Source: a virus. Taken from it: a stretch of 64,000 nt of DNA. Positions 29,259 through 39,652 of this stretch are shown here, piece by piece. Under the pieces are notes generated by a model. It was not told the DNA's origin. It saw nothing but the letters and a program-made list of their open reading frames with translations, and ran no database searches. The stretch lies in the IMG/VR virus record IMGVR_UViG_3300025738_000001; one strand, given 5' to 3'. A program made the translations under genes and the position numbers. The first letter of the stretch is position 1. The number at the start of each line of letters is the position of its first letter.

Positions 29259-31439
29259 TTAAATATCACGCTTCTTGATTGCTTTACTAGCAGACACAAT
29301 GATAGTAGCCATTACTTCAGCTTCTGGCATTGGTGTAGGTAGCTTCTTATTCAAGTCCAATACGGTTTCAGTAACTTCATTAACATTCTTGCCTGCATCC
29401 ACTAACATTAGTGCGTACTTAACAAGTTGGTTACTGCGATTGCCTGTACCAGTACTGCCCATGAACCAGCGTTCCATATTATTAAGACTAGCTTGGTCAA
29501 CGACTGTTTGCTGACGCGCTTCGTTCTTGGTAGTTTTAGGAATGAATGGTAGGGCATCAAATAGCATGCCTTCGTTATCGAACTGTTCACCATCGTTAGT
29601 CAGCCATTTCTTGCAGCGTTGGAACGTGCCTTCATCAATTGCAAACGGTAGTCCTTGCGAGATGTTAACCATAAACTCATGGTAGTCTTCTTCGCTTAGA
29701 TTAAGCTGGTAGTTCAATGGGATTACTACACGGAATCTATCTCCATGTTGAATCTGCGTTTCCGCATCAAAGGTTTGGTGGCGTTTCGTAGTGTAGATGT
29801 GGTAAGTGTAGTCGGCCATCAGTAATTGAACTGTAGCTATATCCACACCTTCATCTACATCCAGGACAAGTAGATTGAACCCTGGGATTACGTTTGCACC
29901 GCAGCGATGGTCATCAAGGAAGTGATGAGTAGTCCAGTGCATATCGTCTAACTTGGTTAATTCCCCTATGTCAGAGAACGCGCACTCTTCATCTAAGCCA
30001 TCAGAGTAGTTATACGCTGCATGGTCAGAGTAGGATAATGTTATGTTATCCAAGTCGGTCTCTCCAAGTTCATCACCTGATAGGAACTCAATCCCATCTA
30101 CATAAGACTTTTTCACAACCTTGTTGTTACGATAGCCCCAAGCGATTGCTAGTGTCAGCATATCTGCTTTAAAGCCTGCGTTACCTTTATAGAACGGTAG
30201 TTGCTCAGTAAGGTCAGCATGAGTAACCTCACGGTCGATAGAGCACACATACTTAGCGAGCTTGACATAGTTCTGCTCTCTGGTAAGAATGGCGTTAAGC
30301 GCCGCTCCAGAGTCCTCAGATAGTCTAACCGCTGCGTAGAAATGGTCTGCTGTGACTTCATGGCTCCCATCCATGAAAGCGTAAGCACCTGCTAACTTCA
30401 GGGATTTGAAATAACGGTGAGTTATCTCTGCCTGTTGTATCTGCTGGTGGTCGGCCATCTTGCGAGCACGGTCCACACAATAGTCCTGATACTCCATTAC
30501 TAGAATACTGGTTTCTTTAGTCATGAGTAACACACGACCATAGTTATCAATATCTGCTAGTTCACCGAAGTCATCAGAGATGCTTTGGAAGAATGCATCA
30601 GTGTTACCATTGGTTAACAAGTCATAGCGTTCTTCAGGAGTAAGTACACTTTGAGAAGGCATGTCTTTAGCAAAGCCAAAGAAGCTACGTCGACCGTAAC
30701 CGGTATCTAACATAGAGACGAGTTCTTGCTCCACTTTGCCACCGTCAAGTAGCTTAGCAGGCGTTCCGTACATCAGACAGTTAGTAGGGGTACGACCTTC
30801 GATTTCCTCACTACGAGTATTCTCGGCAGTGTTCTTAGTAATCTTTTGCTTAATTTTACCAACATCGTACAGTTCCAGCATTGTCTTAAATGCATCTGCA
30901 CCCTCAACGAGATTCGAACCAATCTCATCAATTTCCATGTTGATTGAACCGCAACCCGCCATTAGAAACTTATGGCGTACTTGTTTAATCGCTGCTGGAG
31001 TTGCGCTATCAAATGAGAACACTTGATGGCCCTGAGTGTTGTACTCTTTCTTGATGGCAGCTAGTGCCTCATCTTCAGTACAGTCATTCTGGATTGCACG
31101 TTTAACAGCTAACTTGGCTAATTCTTTCTCAGCAATTAAGCCGAAAGTTTCACCCATGAATCGTTCACGAAATTGATTAATAACGTGGTCTTCAATAATG
31201 TTAGTTGAGTGACCTTTACCATAACCTGATGATGCTAAGTTAATAGCGTACAAGTTAACCGGTAGTACTCCACGGTCATGAGTCTTAACATTAATACGCA
31301 TACACCCTGCCATCTTACATAAGAAGTAGGCTACTGAGATACGGAAGAAGTCACGATTATCGTTCTGAGTCTTTTGGCAAAGAACGTCTACTATTTCTTC
31401 AGAAGTAGGGTTATACGGAACTGTTTTTAAGTCCTTCAT
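29259..31439 (-). CDS. DNA primase / helicase-like replication protein (position of N4 gp43)
   Basis: 726 aa. P-loop-like SGYGKGHS in the N-terminal half. C-terminal primase-polymerase-like LLVLDVDEG...RFRVVIPLN and a PriCT-like tail (NQLVKYALMLVDAGKN). Confidence 0.65.
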   Translation of the reverse strand: MKDLKTVPYNPTSEEIVDVLCQKTQNDNRDFFRISVAYFLCKMAGCMRINVKTHDRGVLPVNLYAINLASSGYGKGHSTNIIEDHVINQFRERFMGETFGLIAEKELAKLAVKRAIQNDCTEDEALAAIKKEYNTQGHQVFSFDSATPAAIKQVRHKFLMAGCGSINMEIDEIGSNLVEGADAFKTMLELYDVGKIKQKITKNTAENTRSEEIEGRTPTNCLMYGTPAKLLDGGKVEQELVSMLDTGYGRRSFFGFAKDMPSQSVLTPEERYDLLTNGNTDAFFQSISDDFGELADIDNYGRVLLMTKETSILVMEYQDYCVDRARKMADHQQIQQAEITHRYFKSLKLAGAYAFMDGSHEVTADHFYAAVRLSEDSGAALNAILTREQNYVKLAKYVCSIDREVTHADLTEQLPFYKGNAGFKADMLTLAIAWGYRNNKVVKKSYVDGIEFLSGDELGETDLDNITLSYSDHAAYNYSDGLDEECAFSDIGELTKLDDMHWTTHHFLDDHRCGANVIPGFNLLVLDVDEGVDIATVQLLMADYTYHIYTTKRHQTFDAETQIQHGDRFRVVIPLNYQLNLSEEDYHEFMVNISQGLPFAIDEGTFQRCKKWLTNDGEQFDNEGMLFDALPFIPKTTKNEARQQTVVDQASLNNMERWFMGSTGTGNRSNQLVKYALMLVDAGKNVNEVTETVLDLNKKLPTPMPEAEVMATIIVSASKAIKKRDI

Positions 31440-31476
31440 AAGTTACCTTTAATTATAGTAGATGTTCTCTACTGGG

Positions 31477-32487
31477 TTAAACGAGGGTGACAAGAATGCC
31501 CTCTTCAATTAATCGGTCACGCTGACCACAGATTGACGCTGCTTTACAATAGTTACAGGCCTTGGCTTCACCGAACACGGTTTTGACCACACCTACACCA
31601 CCATTTTTAGCTTTGATTTGATTGGCTTCTAACAGGGTTTCACAGTTTTTGGTACTACGGCCACCTTTAGCTGCTGTCGCAGGGTTCTTGTAATACTTGT
31701 AGACTGGGTCTTTCTGCCATAGCTCATCAGGGGTGCAATCCGGTAAGAGTTCATCAGGTACGTCTTCAAGTTCTTTAACTTGTTTGAGACGAGCTTTCAC
31801 GTAGTTATCGGTTTGCTTAATTGAGTATAGTTCAATTGGGTATTCCAACACACGGGACTGTGGATACTTCTCATCAGTCTTGGCGCGTAATGCCATCCAA
31901 TCTGTGAAGATGTATTGAATCGCCATGAAGTCTTCAGTAATGATGTCGGGATTAAGCCAACGGTATAAACTACCCTGGAGCTTAAACTTGTCATCATTGG
32001 TTTTGTTGACGTAAGTGAATGTGCTGGTTGATTTAAAGTCTTCAACTCGGCCGCCCATTACAAAGTCATACTTACCTGAGACTGTTGTAGTACCTACTTT
32101 CTTATGGGCACGCTGCTCCATATAGACTGGGATAGCTGAAGGGCTCTCCTCCATATATTCCTTAGTAGGGTTAATGACAATACGGTCACGAACTCGCTTA
32201 ACAATACCCAATTCTTTCAAGGTATCCTTTAGCTTCACGGAGTTCCATGCGTTCTCAATAGAGTCATGGAAAGCTGTACCCATTGAGGATGCAACCATAC
32301 CAATGATTTCCACTGGGTCAGGTTCACCAGAGGCCACTACCCGCTTAGCTAAAACTATCTCACGGACAGGTTTAATTAAGGATGTGACACTAATGGTTTC
32401 AGTATCTGGATTATGGTCATACTCATCATGAGCTAACCAGACCGCCACTGATAGCGGTACATTTGCTATATTGCTATAACGCGACAT
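31477..32487 (-). CDS. PD-(D/E)XK exonuclease with C-terminal Cys cluster (Cas4/RecB-like)
   Basis: GTAFHDSIE, YDFVMGGRVEDFKST (D...E/D-x-K) and C-terminal CNYCKAASICGQ. Confidence 0.65.
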   Translation of the reverse strand: MSRYSNIANVPLSVAVWLAHDEYDHNPDTETISVTSLIKPVREIVLAKRVVASGEPDPVEIIGMVASSMGTAFHDSIENAWNSVKLKDTLKELGIVKRVRDRIVINPTKEYMEESPSAIPVYMEQRAHKKVGTTTVSGKYDFVMGGRVEDFKSTSTFTYVNKTNDDKFKLQGSLYRWLNPDIITEDFMAIQYIFTDWMALRAKTDEKYPQSRVLEYPIELYSIKQTDNYVKARLKQVKELEDVPDELLPDCTPDELWQKDPVYKYYKNPATAAKGGRSTKNCETLLEANQIKAKNGGVGVVKTVFGEAKACNYCKAASICGQRDRLIEEGILVTLV

Positions 32488-32517
32488 TGCTATTCCTTAT
32501 TATGAGAATTCGGACAA

Positions 32518-32530
32518 GCAACGAAGTTGC
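32518..32530 (-). promoter_or_regulatory. N4-type promoter-like hairpin GCAAC-GAA-GTTGC
   Basis: Perfect 5-bp stem and GAA loop on the + strand, in a 55-nt gap 31 nt right of the nuclease ATG. Confidence 0.45.
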
Positions 32531-32542
32531 CTGCCACTAACA

Positions 32543-33724
32543 TTATCTTACTTGCTTGATGTTGATTGTATGGCGTTCAATCTCGCCAAATGATTTGTGT
32601 ACGACTATTGCTTTGCTGTCTTGACGGGCTCGGTAACCCCCCCACGTCGCATAAGCATCTTTAGCCGCAAGAGTTCGAAATGATTCCACGTCACAACCGG
32701 AGTACTCTTTTTTAGTGTCATGGTGAATGTGTCCTGTTAACCATGTACGGAACTCGGTCTTACCCCACAACTCTGCTTGGTCAGTAGCCATTACCATAGG
32801 TAAACGGTCTGCCTTACAAGTATGGCCGTGATGTACACCGAACATAGATGAACCCCAGTTAAAGTAGTGGAACGGAGTTGGATTAGCATTGATGGTTACA
32901 CGCGGCTCATTCTCATATATGTTCTGTAAACATACTGAGAGGAACAGGGAACCGGTATCATCATGATTACCAACGGCGTTGATTACTTCTACTTCTGCAT
33001 GGTGGGCCAATGCGCTGTCAATCATCTGACGGATAATCTTAACACCGACTCGAATCATCTTAGCGTAACGCCCATCCATATCAAGTGAGTGCCCACTACG
33101 GGAAGTAGTACCTTCCATATTATCTGCATGGAAGAAGTCACCAAGGTTCACAATTACGGCCTTAGCCGAAGGAGGCGCAGCCTTAACGAGACGGTGGAAC
33201 ACCGCGCACATTTTACTCTCAGCCACCTTCAAGTCCCAGTTTTCCCCGGTCTCTTCCATCCATGCCATCATTCCGATATGAGGGTCACCTAACGGGTAGA
33301 TGGTCATCAAGTCTTCATCAATGAATATGGGAGTCGGTACTGAGTTAATGGCCGGCATGTCATCACAGAAAGCTTCAATAGCTTCTATCATGAGTTCCTT
33401 CTGGCGCTCTGCATCAATAGCGGTTTTAACCCACTGGATTTTCTTTTCCCCGTCTTTGCCATAGAGTGTTGACACACCTTTGACTAAGAACCCATCGGGA
33501 CAGGTCTTCACCATGTCGTGGTCAGGGGAATAGCCAGCGCGTGTAGCTGCAGTTTCTATGCGAATCATAGCATTACGTATGGCAGAGGTTGTAGCCCCTA
33601 CAGCGCGTGCTGCTGCCGCACAATTACCTTGTGATGCTTGATATGCTGCTAGGTAATCTTCTTGTAGTTCGCTGGTGCAGTACTGACTGTACTGCGGGTC
33701 TAGGTAGTCTAATAAATTACTCAT
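32543..33724 (-). CDS. Metallophosphoesterase (SbcD/Mre11-like) with N-terminal HTH-like region
   Basis: Calcineurin-like motifs GDPHIG, NLGDFFHADN, GNHDD, GHIHHD. Confidence 0.8.
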   Translation of the reverse strand: MSNLLDYLDPQYSQYCTSELQEDYLAAYQASQGNCAAAARAVGATTSAIRNAMIRIETAATRAGYSPDHDMVKTCPDGFLVKGVSTLYGKDGEKKIQWVKTAIDAERQKELMIEAIEAFCDDMPAINSVPTPIFIDEDLMTIYPLGDPHIGMMAWMEETGENWDLKVAESKMCAVFHRLVKAAPPSAKAVIVNLGDFFHADNMEGTTSRSGHSLDMDGRYAKMIRVGVKIIRQMIDSALAHHAEVEVINAVGNHDDTGSLFLSVCLQNIYENEPRVTINANPTPFHYFNWGSSMFGVHHGHTCKADRLPMVMATDQAELWGKTEFRTWLTGHIHHDTKKEYSGCDVESFRTLAAKDAYATWGGYRARQDSKAIVVHKSFGEIERHTINIKQVR

Positions 33725-33800
33725 ATACTTCCTACTTGGTGGTGAAAGGCTAGCCCCTGAATGAGGCTTGCCGAGTGATGAGGGTGCTAGGCCTCACCGC

Positions 33801-33974
33801 CTAGTAACAGTAGTCCCACAAATCCTTCGCCTCTTCAAATCCAAGGTTAAAGATTGTCAGGGCTAACATAACTAATAGTATGGTAACCGTTAACGGTAAT
33901 ATCCATAGACAGCGCCAAACCATAGTGAATGGCTGTTCTTTAAATGCTATTTTTAATTTATCAATAAATGTCAT
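33801..33974 (-). CDS. Small membrane protein (57 aa), below the ORF-track cutoff
   Basis: Hand translation MTFIDKLKIAFKEQPFTMVWRCLWILPLTVTILLVMLALTIFNLGFEEAKDLWDYCY. ATGA overlap with the DNA polymerase stop. Confidence 0.5.
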   Translation of the reverse strand: MTFIDKLKIAFKEQPFTMVWRCLWILPLTVTILLVMLALTIFNLGFEEAKDLWDYCY

Positions 33975-36616
33975 GCTGCTTCCATATATTCATCATAGCC
34001 TGCGATACACTTATCATAGATAGTGTCGATATCATCGGCTGGTTTAAGGGTGATAGCGTTACCCCAGTGCGGTGCAAATACATCTAACTCCGCGCTTAGT
34101 TTAACTTTATCGTGTTTAAGTTCTTCCAGTTCTTGCCAAGCCATACACTCAGTAAGGTTCTGGTTAACCCACTGCGTTACTTCCATTCTGTCTACCCACA
34201 TTAAGTAGATAGCATCATGAATCTGTGCAGCAATCTTAACTTCATTAACGTAATCAGAAGCACGGACTCTACGGAAGAACTCATTAGCCGCTCTACAGTT
34301 AAGTAGGCAGTAACTTTGTCCTAATGCATTACCAGCAGTTCTGGATTCAGACTGGGCTTCATATGGAGTACTGCTGGTTCCAAGACGAGTCTTAGAAAGT
34401 ATAGGAGTACGTACACGAAGGCCAAAGGCAACTGTGATATAACCATCTACACAAGCCTGCTTAATCTTCTCACGTTTCCACTTATCTGAATGCGCATACA
34501 GACGGTGGTAGTTGTCTTCAATGCCACGGGCAACCATCTCTGACATACCCAAGGTACCCATTAGGCCATGATATGTTCCATCGTAGGTCAATAGGAATGT
34601 AGGTACTTTAGATAGTGCGCGTAAATCAGGGTACAGTTTCTTAATGGAGTTAATACTTTCTACTGTGTTAACAATGTCAGGCATTTGTGAGCCAAAGTAA
34701 CTATGTGCCCTGAGGCAATGCCCGTCATAACCATCAAGATAAACCTTAAGTTTATTCGGGTCACGGGTAGTTAACGCTGAAATGTAATCTTCTAATGATG
34801 CAAAGTCAGCACCGCCAAACAACCAGCCATCAGGAGCACTGAAGCATGATTTGATTAGTTTGCCTATCCATCCCGAAGCGGGAAGATTTTGCATATTAGG
34901 ACCACTGCTAGAAAGACGGCCACTGACAGTCCCACCAAGATTAAAGTTCCCGAAGAGGTAATGACGTCCATCTCCACCATCCTGTGCCAGCAAGAATGCC
35001 GGTATAAATGTGTTAAGTATCTTCTCGACTTTACTGTGGGCCATGATAGCTTCCAGTATTACCTTATGCGCAGGATTCTTCACATGGTTCAGCAGTTTCT
35101 TAATAGTACCGGCTCCGCAGGCAGGCTGCTTAGTTGCGGTCTTATCAATTACTGGTAGTCCCATGAAGTCATAGAAGAGGGATTGTAGTTGCTTAGGTGA
35201 GCCTGGATTGAATCTACACTTCTCAGCCGCTTCAGCATAAGTACGCTTCTTCGTCTTAAGTTGCTCATTATCCAATGCAATACGTTCAAGTATAGACTCA
35301 TGAATAAAGCGCTGTAGCTCAGGTTCTGCTGCCATGTCTGAACTGGCTTCATCTGAGATATCCTGGAGTATCGTCTGCACTTCCAGTACCCGTGGCATAT
35401 CAATAGGCAAACCAGTCAATTGCATCTCAATGATGGTCGTGATGGATTCTTTGAATATACCGGTATAGACGTGCTCTTGGTCATCGGCCACCATGATTGG
35501 ATAGTTCTTCTCACGGGTGAAGTGAGTAGTAAGGCAATCCACTAGGTTGTACTCCAGTAGCTGGCCTGGCTTCATCTTACGGATATCTTTGATATCTTCT
35601 TCAGCATAGTTACCAGCAAACATCTGGCCCTGCTCTTTGAGCGATAAGTGATTACCGGCACAAGTGTTAGTAGCAAGATACGATATTAGTTTAGTACAGT
35701 CGAAGTTCTTGAGCATGTGGTGCATGCCCTTAACCAGACCGGGTCTATCCAAGATGTGAGTCATCCATAAGTTAGCGACCGCTATCGTTGCATCAAATGC
35801 TACGTTGTGCCAAATAACCTTACCTTCATACTTCTCAAAGAAGTCACGGATTAACTTACGTACTGCTTTATTTCTACGCTGCTTACCGTAGTTGGTGCCT
35901 ATTTCATCACCCTTATCATTAAAGATAGGAAGCGGTTGTTCGTATTCTTTATAGTCACATAAGAATGCGCCACCGTTATGCTTATCCCAAGCGAACCCAA
36001 CCGTTGCAATACCTGATTCATAATGCTTCAAGCTAAACGCTTCAAAGTCAGAAGTGATTTCAGGGTACTGGTGTAGTGAGTCCAAGAACGCTGCTATTTC
36101 CGTAAGCGTTTTAGGGTATTGAGCACTCTCAATGATATCTTCGCCAGGGGGTTTGTAGAAGCCTCCCACATACGAGTAAAGCGTTTGTAACGAATGTTCC
36201 AGTTTCGGGCCATTGGCGGGATTATGAAACACGCTGCCATAGTTAGTACCAAGCACAATATTAATGTGTTCAAAACCAGCCCAAGCGCATGGTAGTACAT
36301 AACCATAGTGAGCTTCCGCCTGTTTAAGGCCTGTGAGTGATTTAAAATAAGTGGCATCAGCACAGTAAATTACCTGTGTTCCTAGACTATCAAGTGAACG
36401 CAACAGTACTGGCACATAGTCTTTAACTAGTTTCGCAGGTGCTTTGTTGTTCTTGTAGTCTAGGCTGAATGCCACTATCTCGTTTTTGTCCACCCCAAGT
36501 GTTATCAAGGGGTCAACGTAGTGCTTAAGCAAGTCGTCCTTTACCAAGGCCTTCTCTTTTATGACAATTGCTATGTTGCATTTGCCTGCACTATTGTTAA
36601 AGGTTACATGTCTCAT
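33971..36616 (-). CDS. DNA polymerase, family A
   Basis: Motif A GADFASLEDY, motif B RALSKVPTFLLTYDG, motif C AQIHDAIYL, exo motif WHNVAFD. Start set at Met19 (ATGA overlap with the upstream stop; RBS aggag). Confidence 0.9.
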   Translation of the reverse strand: MRHVTFNNSAGKCNIAIVIKEKALVKDDLLKHYVDPLITLGVDKNEIVAFSLDYKNNKAPAKLVKDYVPVLLRSLDSLGTQVIYCADATYFKSLTGLKQAEAHYGYVLPCAWAGFEHINIVLGTNYGSVFHNPANGPKLEHSLQTLYSYVGGFYKPPGEDIIESAQYPKTLTEIAAFLDSLHQYPEITSDFEAFSLKHYESGIATVGFAWDKHNGGAFLCDYKEYEQPLPIFNDKGDEIGTNYGKQRRNKAVRKLIRDFFEKYEGKVIWHNVAFDATIAVANLWMTHILDRPGLVKGMHHMLKNFDCTKLISYLATNTCAGNHLSLKEQGQMFAGNYAEEDIKDIRKMKPGQLLEYNLVDCLTTHFTREKNYPIMVADDQEHVYTGIFKESITTIIEMQLTGLPIDMPRVLEVQTILQDISDEASSDMAAEPELQRFIHESILERIALDNEQLKTKKRTYAEAAEKCRFNPGSPKQLQSLFYDFMGLPVIDKTATKQPACGAGTIKKLLNHVKNPAHKVILEAIMAHSKVEKILNTFIPAFLLAQDGGDGRHYLFGNFNLGGTVSGRLSSSGPNMQNLPASGWIGKLIKSCFSAPDGWLFGGADFASLEDYISALTTRDPNKLKVYLDGYDGHCLRAHSYFGSQMPDIVNTVESINSIKKLYPDLRALSKVPTFLLTYDGTYHGLMGTLGMSEMVARGIEDNYHRLYAHSDKWKREKIKQACVDGYITVAFGLRVRTPILSKTRLGTSSTPYEAQSESRTAGNALGQSYCLLNCRAANEFFRRVRASDYVNEVKIAAQIHDAIYLMWVDRMEVTQWVNQNLTECMAWQELEELKHDKVKLSAELDVFAPHWGNAITLKPADDIDTIYDKCIAGYDEYMEAA

Positions 36617-37134
36617 GCATCTCCTGTAATTATAGGTGTGATTGGTTTGTCGTATAATGAGTGCGCCCACATACCCGCATAGAATTTCTCCTGCTGCCTA
36701 GCCGGTTCTTTCATGGCGAAGAACTCGAAGGTAGGTAACTTCTCTTCAGGTGCCTCAGTGTTAATACTAAACTTCTCGCAGTCGCCTACAGTCTCACGGA
36801 TAGTACCGTTGTTATGGGTCCAAGTAGCGCAGTATTCTTCCGGAGGTAGATTGGCTAATGCTTTCTGAAACAAGAACTCGACTCCTGTAAGCTTAGTGTT
36901 TATAGCGCCCCAAAAGAACAAATGTTTAGTTACCTTAGTTGGTGTCCCCCATTCTTTAGGGATACCGCCATTCATGACTTCCACCATTAGCTTACCTTGC
37001 TTGGTCAATACGACTAAACCTTTGTTAGCAGAGAAAGCAGCCCAAAAGGACTCCTCCATCTTCTTATTCTGGGCAGCAACATGAGCTGAAGTCCCATGCC
37101 CGCCTAATGACGGGTTAGGGTTATAGGTAGCCAT
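36613..37134 (-). CDS. Hypothetical protein (173 aa)
   Basis: ORF track; overlap-coupled on both sides. Confidence 0.6.
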   Translation of the reverse strand: MATYNPNPSLGGHGTSAHVAAQNKKMEESFWAAFSANKGLVVLTKQGKLMVEVMNGGIPKEWGTPTKVTKHLFFWGAINTKLTGVEFLFQKALANLPPEEYCATWTHNNGTIRETVGDCEKFSINTEAPEEKLPTFEFFAMKEPARQQEKFYAGMWAHSLYDKPITPIITGDA

Positions 37135-37634
37135 TAGCTGAATACCTGGTCACGCATGCAACGAACCTTGGCTTCATTGATAAACTTCTCATTCTGTTCA
37201 TGAAGCTCTGCAATTTCCACATCAAGTAAATACACCTTGTCATGGTCTTCAGGTACTTCACTACCAATTTCAGGCACCCACATATAGCGATGCAAGAATA
37301 GAGGAATGACAGCCTTCATATCTGCTAAGGAGTTGCAAGGACGCATAAGTCGTGTAAGAAGAGAACTGAGGGAAGCCATTTCCATTTCAAGCGTACTATA
37401 TACGAGTAAAAACTTATCGAACATTTCATAATGATTCTCATGTAGTGGACGGAAGTTACCGCCAGTAGTGAATGAGTTATGGTAGTTAACGCCCTTGTAA
37501 CTAAAGTTACACACATCAATCTTTTCCATAAAGTTATCTAAGTGTTCCACCTGTTTATCACCGACACAGCTAAAGAAGTTGGTTACAATGGTTTCACGCA
37601 TACAACGCTTATCTTGGGGAGCCAAGCCTTTCAT
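37134..37634 (-). CDS. Hypothetical protein (166 aa)
   Basis: ORF track; tight packing. Confidence 0.6.
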   Translation of the reverse strand: MKGLAPQDKRCMRETIVTNFFSCVGDKQVEHLDNFMEKIDVCNFSYKGVNYHNSFTTGGNFRPLHENHYEMFDKFLLVYSTLEMEMASLSSLLTRLMRPCNSLADMKAVIPLFLHRYMWVPEIGSEVPEDHDKVYLLDVEIAELHEQNEKFINEAKVRCMRDQVFS

Positions 37635-37636
37635 AA

Positions 37637-39001
37637 TTAGCCTCCGTAGTGGGCTGGTAATTCGCCAAAGATTACTAGTCTTTCTTTAGCTCGGGTTATG
37701 CCGGTATTTAACATACGGGCCACAGCATTAGCATCTCTACAAGAGCCAATGTCATTTAGATTTAGGTATACAGTCCCATAGGTACTTCCCTGGGATTTAT
37801 GTACGGTACAAGAGTGTGTAGGGCGTAAATCAACGAATAGTTCTTTAGCGTCTGTATACTCTTGAGTTAGGCGTTGACGGTAATAGTAATCCAGTAATGC
37901 CTTAACATCTTTCATGTCATGGGCTTGGAATACTGTAGCGCGTTTACCCTCTCTTCCCGTTAGAGTAACGTAGTTACCGCTCACTCCTTCTTTAGATTCA
38001 TTACCACTAACTGACTGCACTTGCAGTACCGAATCGGTAGAGGCAAACACTTTCTCACTAATAGTAATAGCTTTGTTAGTGAGCACTGACTCGCCTGATA
38101 CCAACACATCTGACATTGTGAATAAGCTGCGAACATGAGTATTATACTCAAGCACCATAGCATTACGCCAAGCCAGAATCTTCAGGTCTTCAGAGGCGTG
38201 TGGTTCCATGTAATCATGGTTCACCATAGCTTCAAACTCTTCAGCATCTACTTCAATGATAGTGTCGCCATTGGGAACTATCTTAGGGAAGTGGAGCGCA
38301 TTACGAGCATCGTCAATTTCGATTTCCAGTGAACGTGGAATCATTAAATCTTTTTCAATTAAGATACGCTTGTTGTTTATTAGACGGTCGAGGTTGACAG
38401 CCTGATACACAGTCTCACGCATCTCATCACCTAACTGACCAATTGCACCAGCATTACGATGGTTGTGGCTTAGGTTGACAGTTGGGATACCTGCTTCAAA
38501 TACAGGGCAAGCGTACTCTCCAATTGGAGCTGTTTGCGCATCATCACCTACATACAAGACTTTGCAGTGCTTGCAGGCTACACGGATGAATACGAATAAC
38601 TCTGGACCCACTGAGCCAGCTTCGTCAATGATGATTAGCTGTGGAGCCAATACCTTAAAGCGACGAGTCTTAATCAGTTCTTCTTTCCAAGTCTGATAGT
38701 TCATACGAGGAATTAGGCCAAGAGTGGAATGAATGGTTTTGACTTCAGTGCCCAACATTGATTCAGCGACTTCTGCTGCTTTATTTGTTGTGGCCGTAAC
38801 GTCAATGGTTACACCTGAATCACCGAATCCTAAGTTAGATAGCATGTGAGACATATCTCTTGCTTTCTGGATTAGGTACTTAGTAAGGAATGTCTTACCG
38901 CGACCTGGAGGTGCCATAAGAACCATTTCTGGTTGGTTCGGGTTCATTAAGAATTTCAAGAACTCCGTTACGGCGAAGTCCTGGTCGGGCGATAAGTTCA
39001 T
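37637..39001 (-). CDS. SF1 DNA helicase (Dda/RecD-like)
   Basis: Walker A APPGRGKT, Walker B IIIDEAG, TVHKSQGSTY. Start set at Met14, where an upstream micro-ORF ends in an ATGA overlap. Confidence 0.85.
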   Translation of the reverse strand: MNLSPDQDFAVTEFLKFLMNPNQPEMVLMAPPGRGKTFLTKYLIQKARDMSHMLSNLGFGDSGVTIDVTATTNKAAEVAESMLGTEVKTIHSTLGLIPRMNYQTWKEELIKTRRFKVLAPQLIIIDEAGSVGPELFVFIRVACKHCKVLYVGDDAQTAPIGEYACPVFEAGIPTVNLSHNHRNAGAIGQLGDEMRETVYQAVNLDRLINNKRILIEKDLMIPRSLEIEIDDARNALHFPKIVPNGDTIIEVDAEEFEAMVNHDYMEPHASEDLKILAWRNAMVLEYNTHVRSLFTMSDVLVSGESVLTNKAITISEKVFASTDSVLQVQSVSGNESKEGVSGNYVTLTGREGKRATVFQAHDMKDVKALLDYYYRQRLTQEYTDAKELFVDLRPTHSCTVHKSQGSTYGTVYLNLNDIGSCRDANAVARMLNTGITRAKERLVIFGELPAHYGG

Positions 39002-39156
39002 ATTTTTATTATTCCTGTTATGAATACGGTGTGAGGACATACCCCGTTACTTTTGGCAAGGGTAGCCCTAGCGATACTGCTTGCTAATAAACGCGATGTT
39101 GCTTCTATTTCAATGGACTCTTTAATGCCATGAACAACCGCTGTTATTTGATACAT
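38998..39156 (-). CDS. Micro-ORF (52 aa), below the ORF-track cutoff
   Basis: Codon-by-codon hand translation MYQITAVVHGIKESIEIEATSRLLASSIARATLAKSNGVCPHTVFITGIIKI. TAATG overlap upstream and ATGA overlap downstream. Confidence 0.45.
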   Translation of the reverse strand: MYQITAVVHGIKESIEIEATSRLLASSIARATLAKSNGVCPHTVFITGIIKI

Positions 39157-39461
39157 TACCAGTTACTCTTTTTACCATTACGGATAGGTGGTACAGAGCG
39201 CGGACGTTGCTTAACTATTTCAAGCATTACCTGAGTAGTTTCCACTCCAAAGTGTCTTGCTACTTGTTCCTTAGCTTTCTTAAGCAACTGCAATACATCT
39301 AAGTTAAGTCCACGCATATACCATGCGTACTTACGGGTTTGGCCTTCGACTGTACATAGCAAGTCCCAATGGGATTTAGCTAGACAGTTATCGGCTACTA
39401 TCGGTGCCGCCTGTCCATATAACATCAAAAATTCATTATTTTTTCTTTTCGACCGCGTCAT
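39156..39461 (-). CDS. Hypothetical basic protein (101 aa)
   Basis: ORF track; RBS aaggag 8 nt before the ATG. Confidence 0.6.
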   Translation of the reverse strand: MTRSKRKNNEFLMLYGQAAPIVADNCLAKSHWDLLCTVEGQTRKYAWYMRGLNLDVLQLLKKAKEQVARHFGVETTQVMLEIVKQRPRSVPPIRNGKKSNW

Positions 39462-39651
39462 AAGATAATCTCCTTACTTCCACAATACTAACATCTAGTT
39501 CACCAACTTGATGGTCAACCATGATGGCTCGTTTGCCTTGACGGATGGCACGGACATCCATAGTGGCTTCCACCACTACAGATACCATTGGGCCATCCCC
39601 GTATAAGATGGCTGTAACCTTATACTCAAATTCGGGGACGAGTTGCATCAT
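39436..39651 (-). CDS. Hypothetical protein (71 aa)
   Basis: ORF track; tight packing. Confidence 0.55.
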   Translation of the reverse strand: MMQLVPEFEYKVTAILYGDGPMVSVVVEATMDVRAIRQGKRAIMVDHQVGELDVSIVEVRRLSYDAVEKKK

Positions 39652-39652
39652 A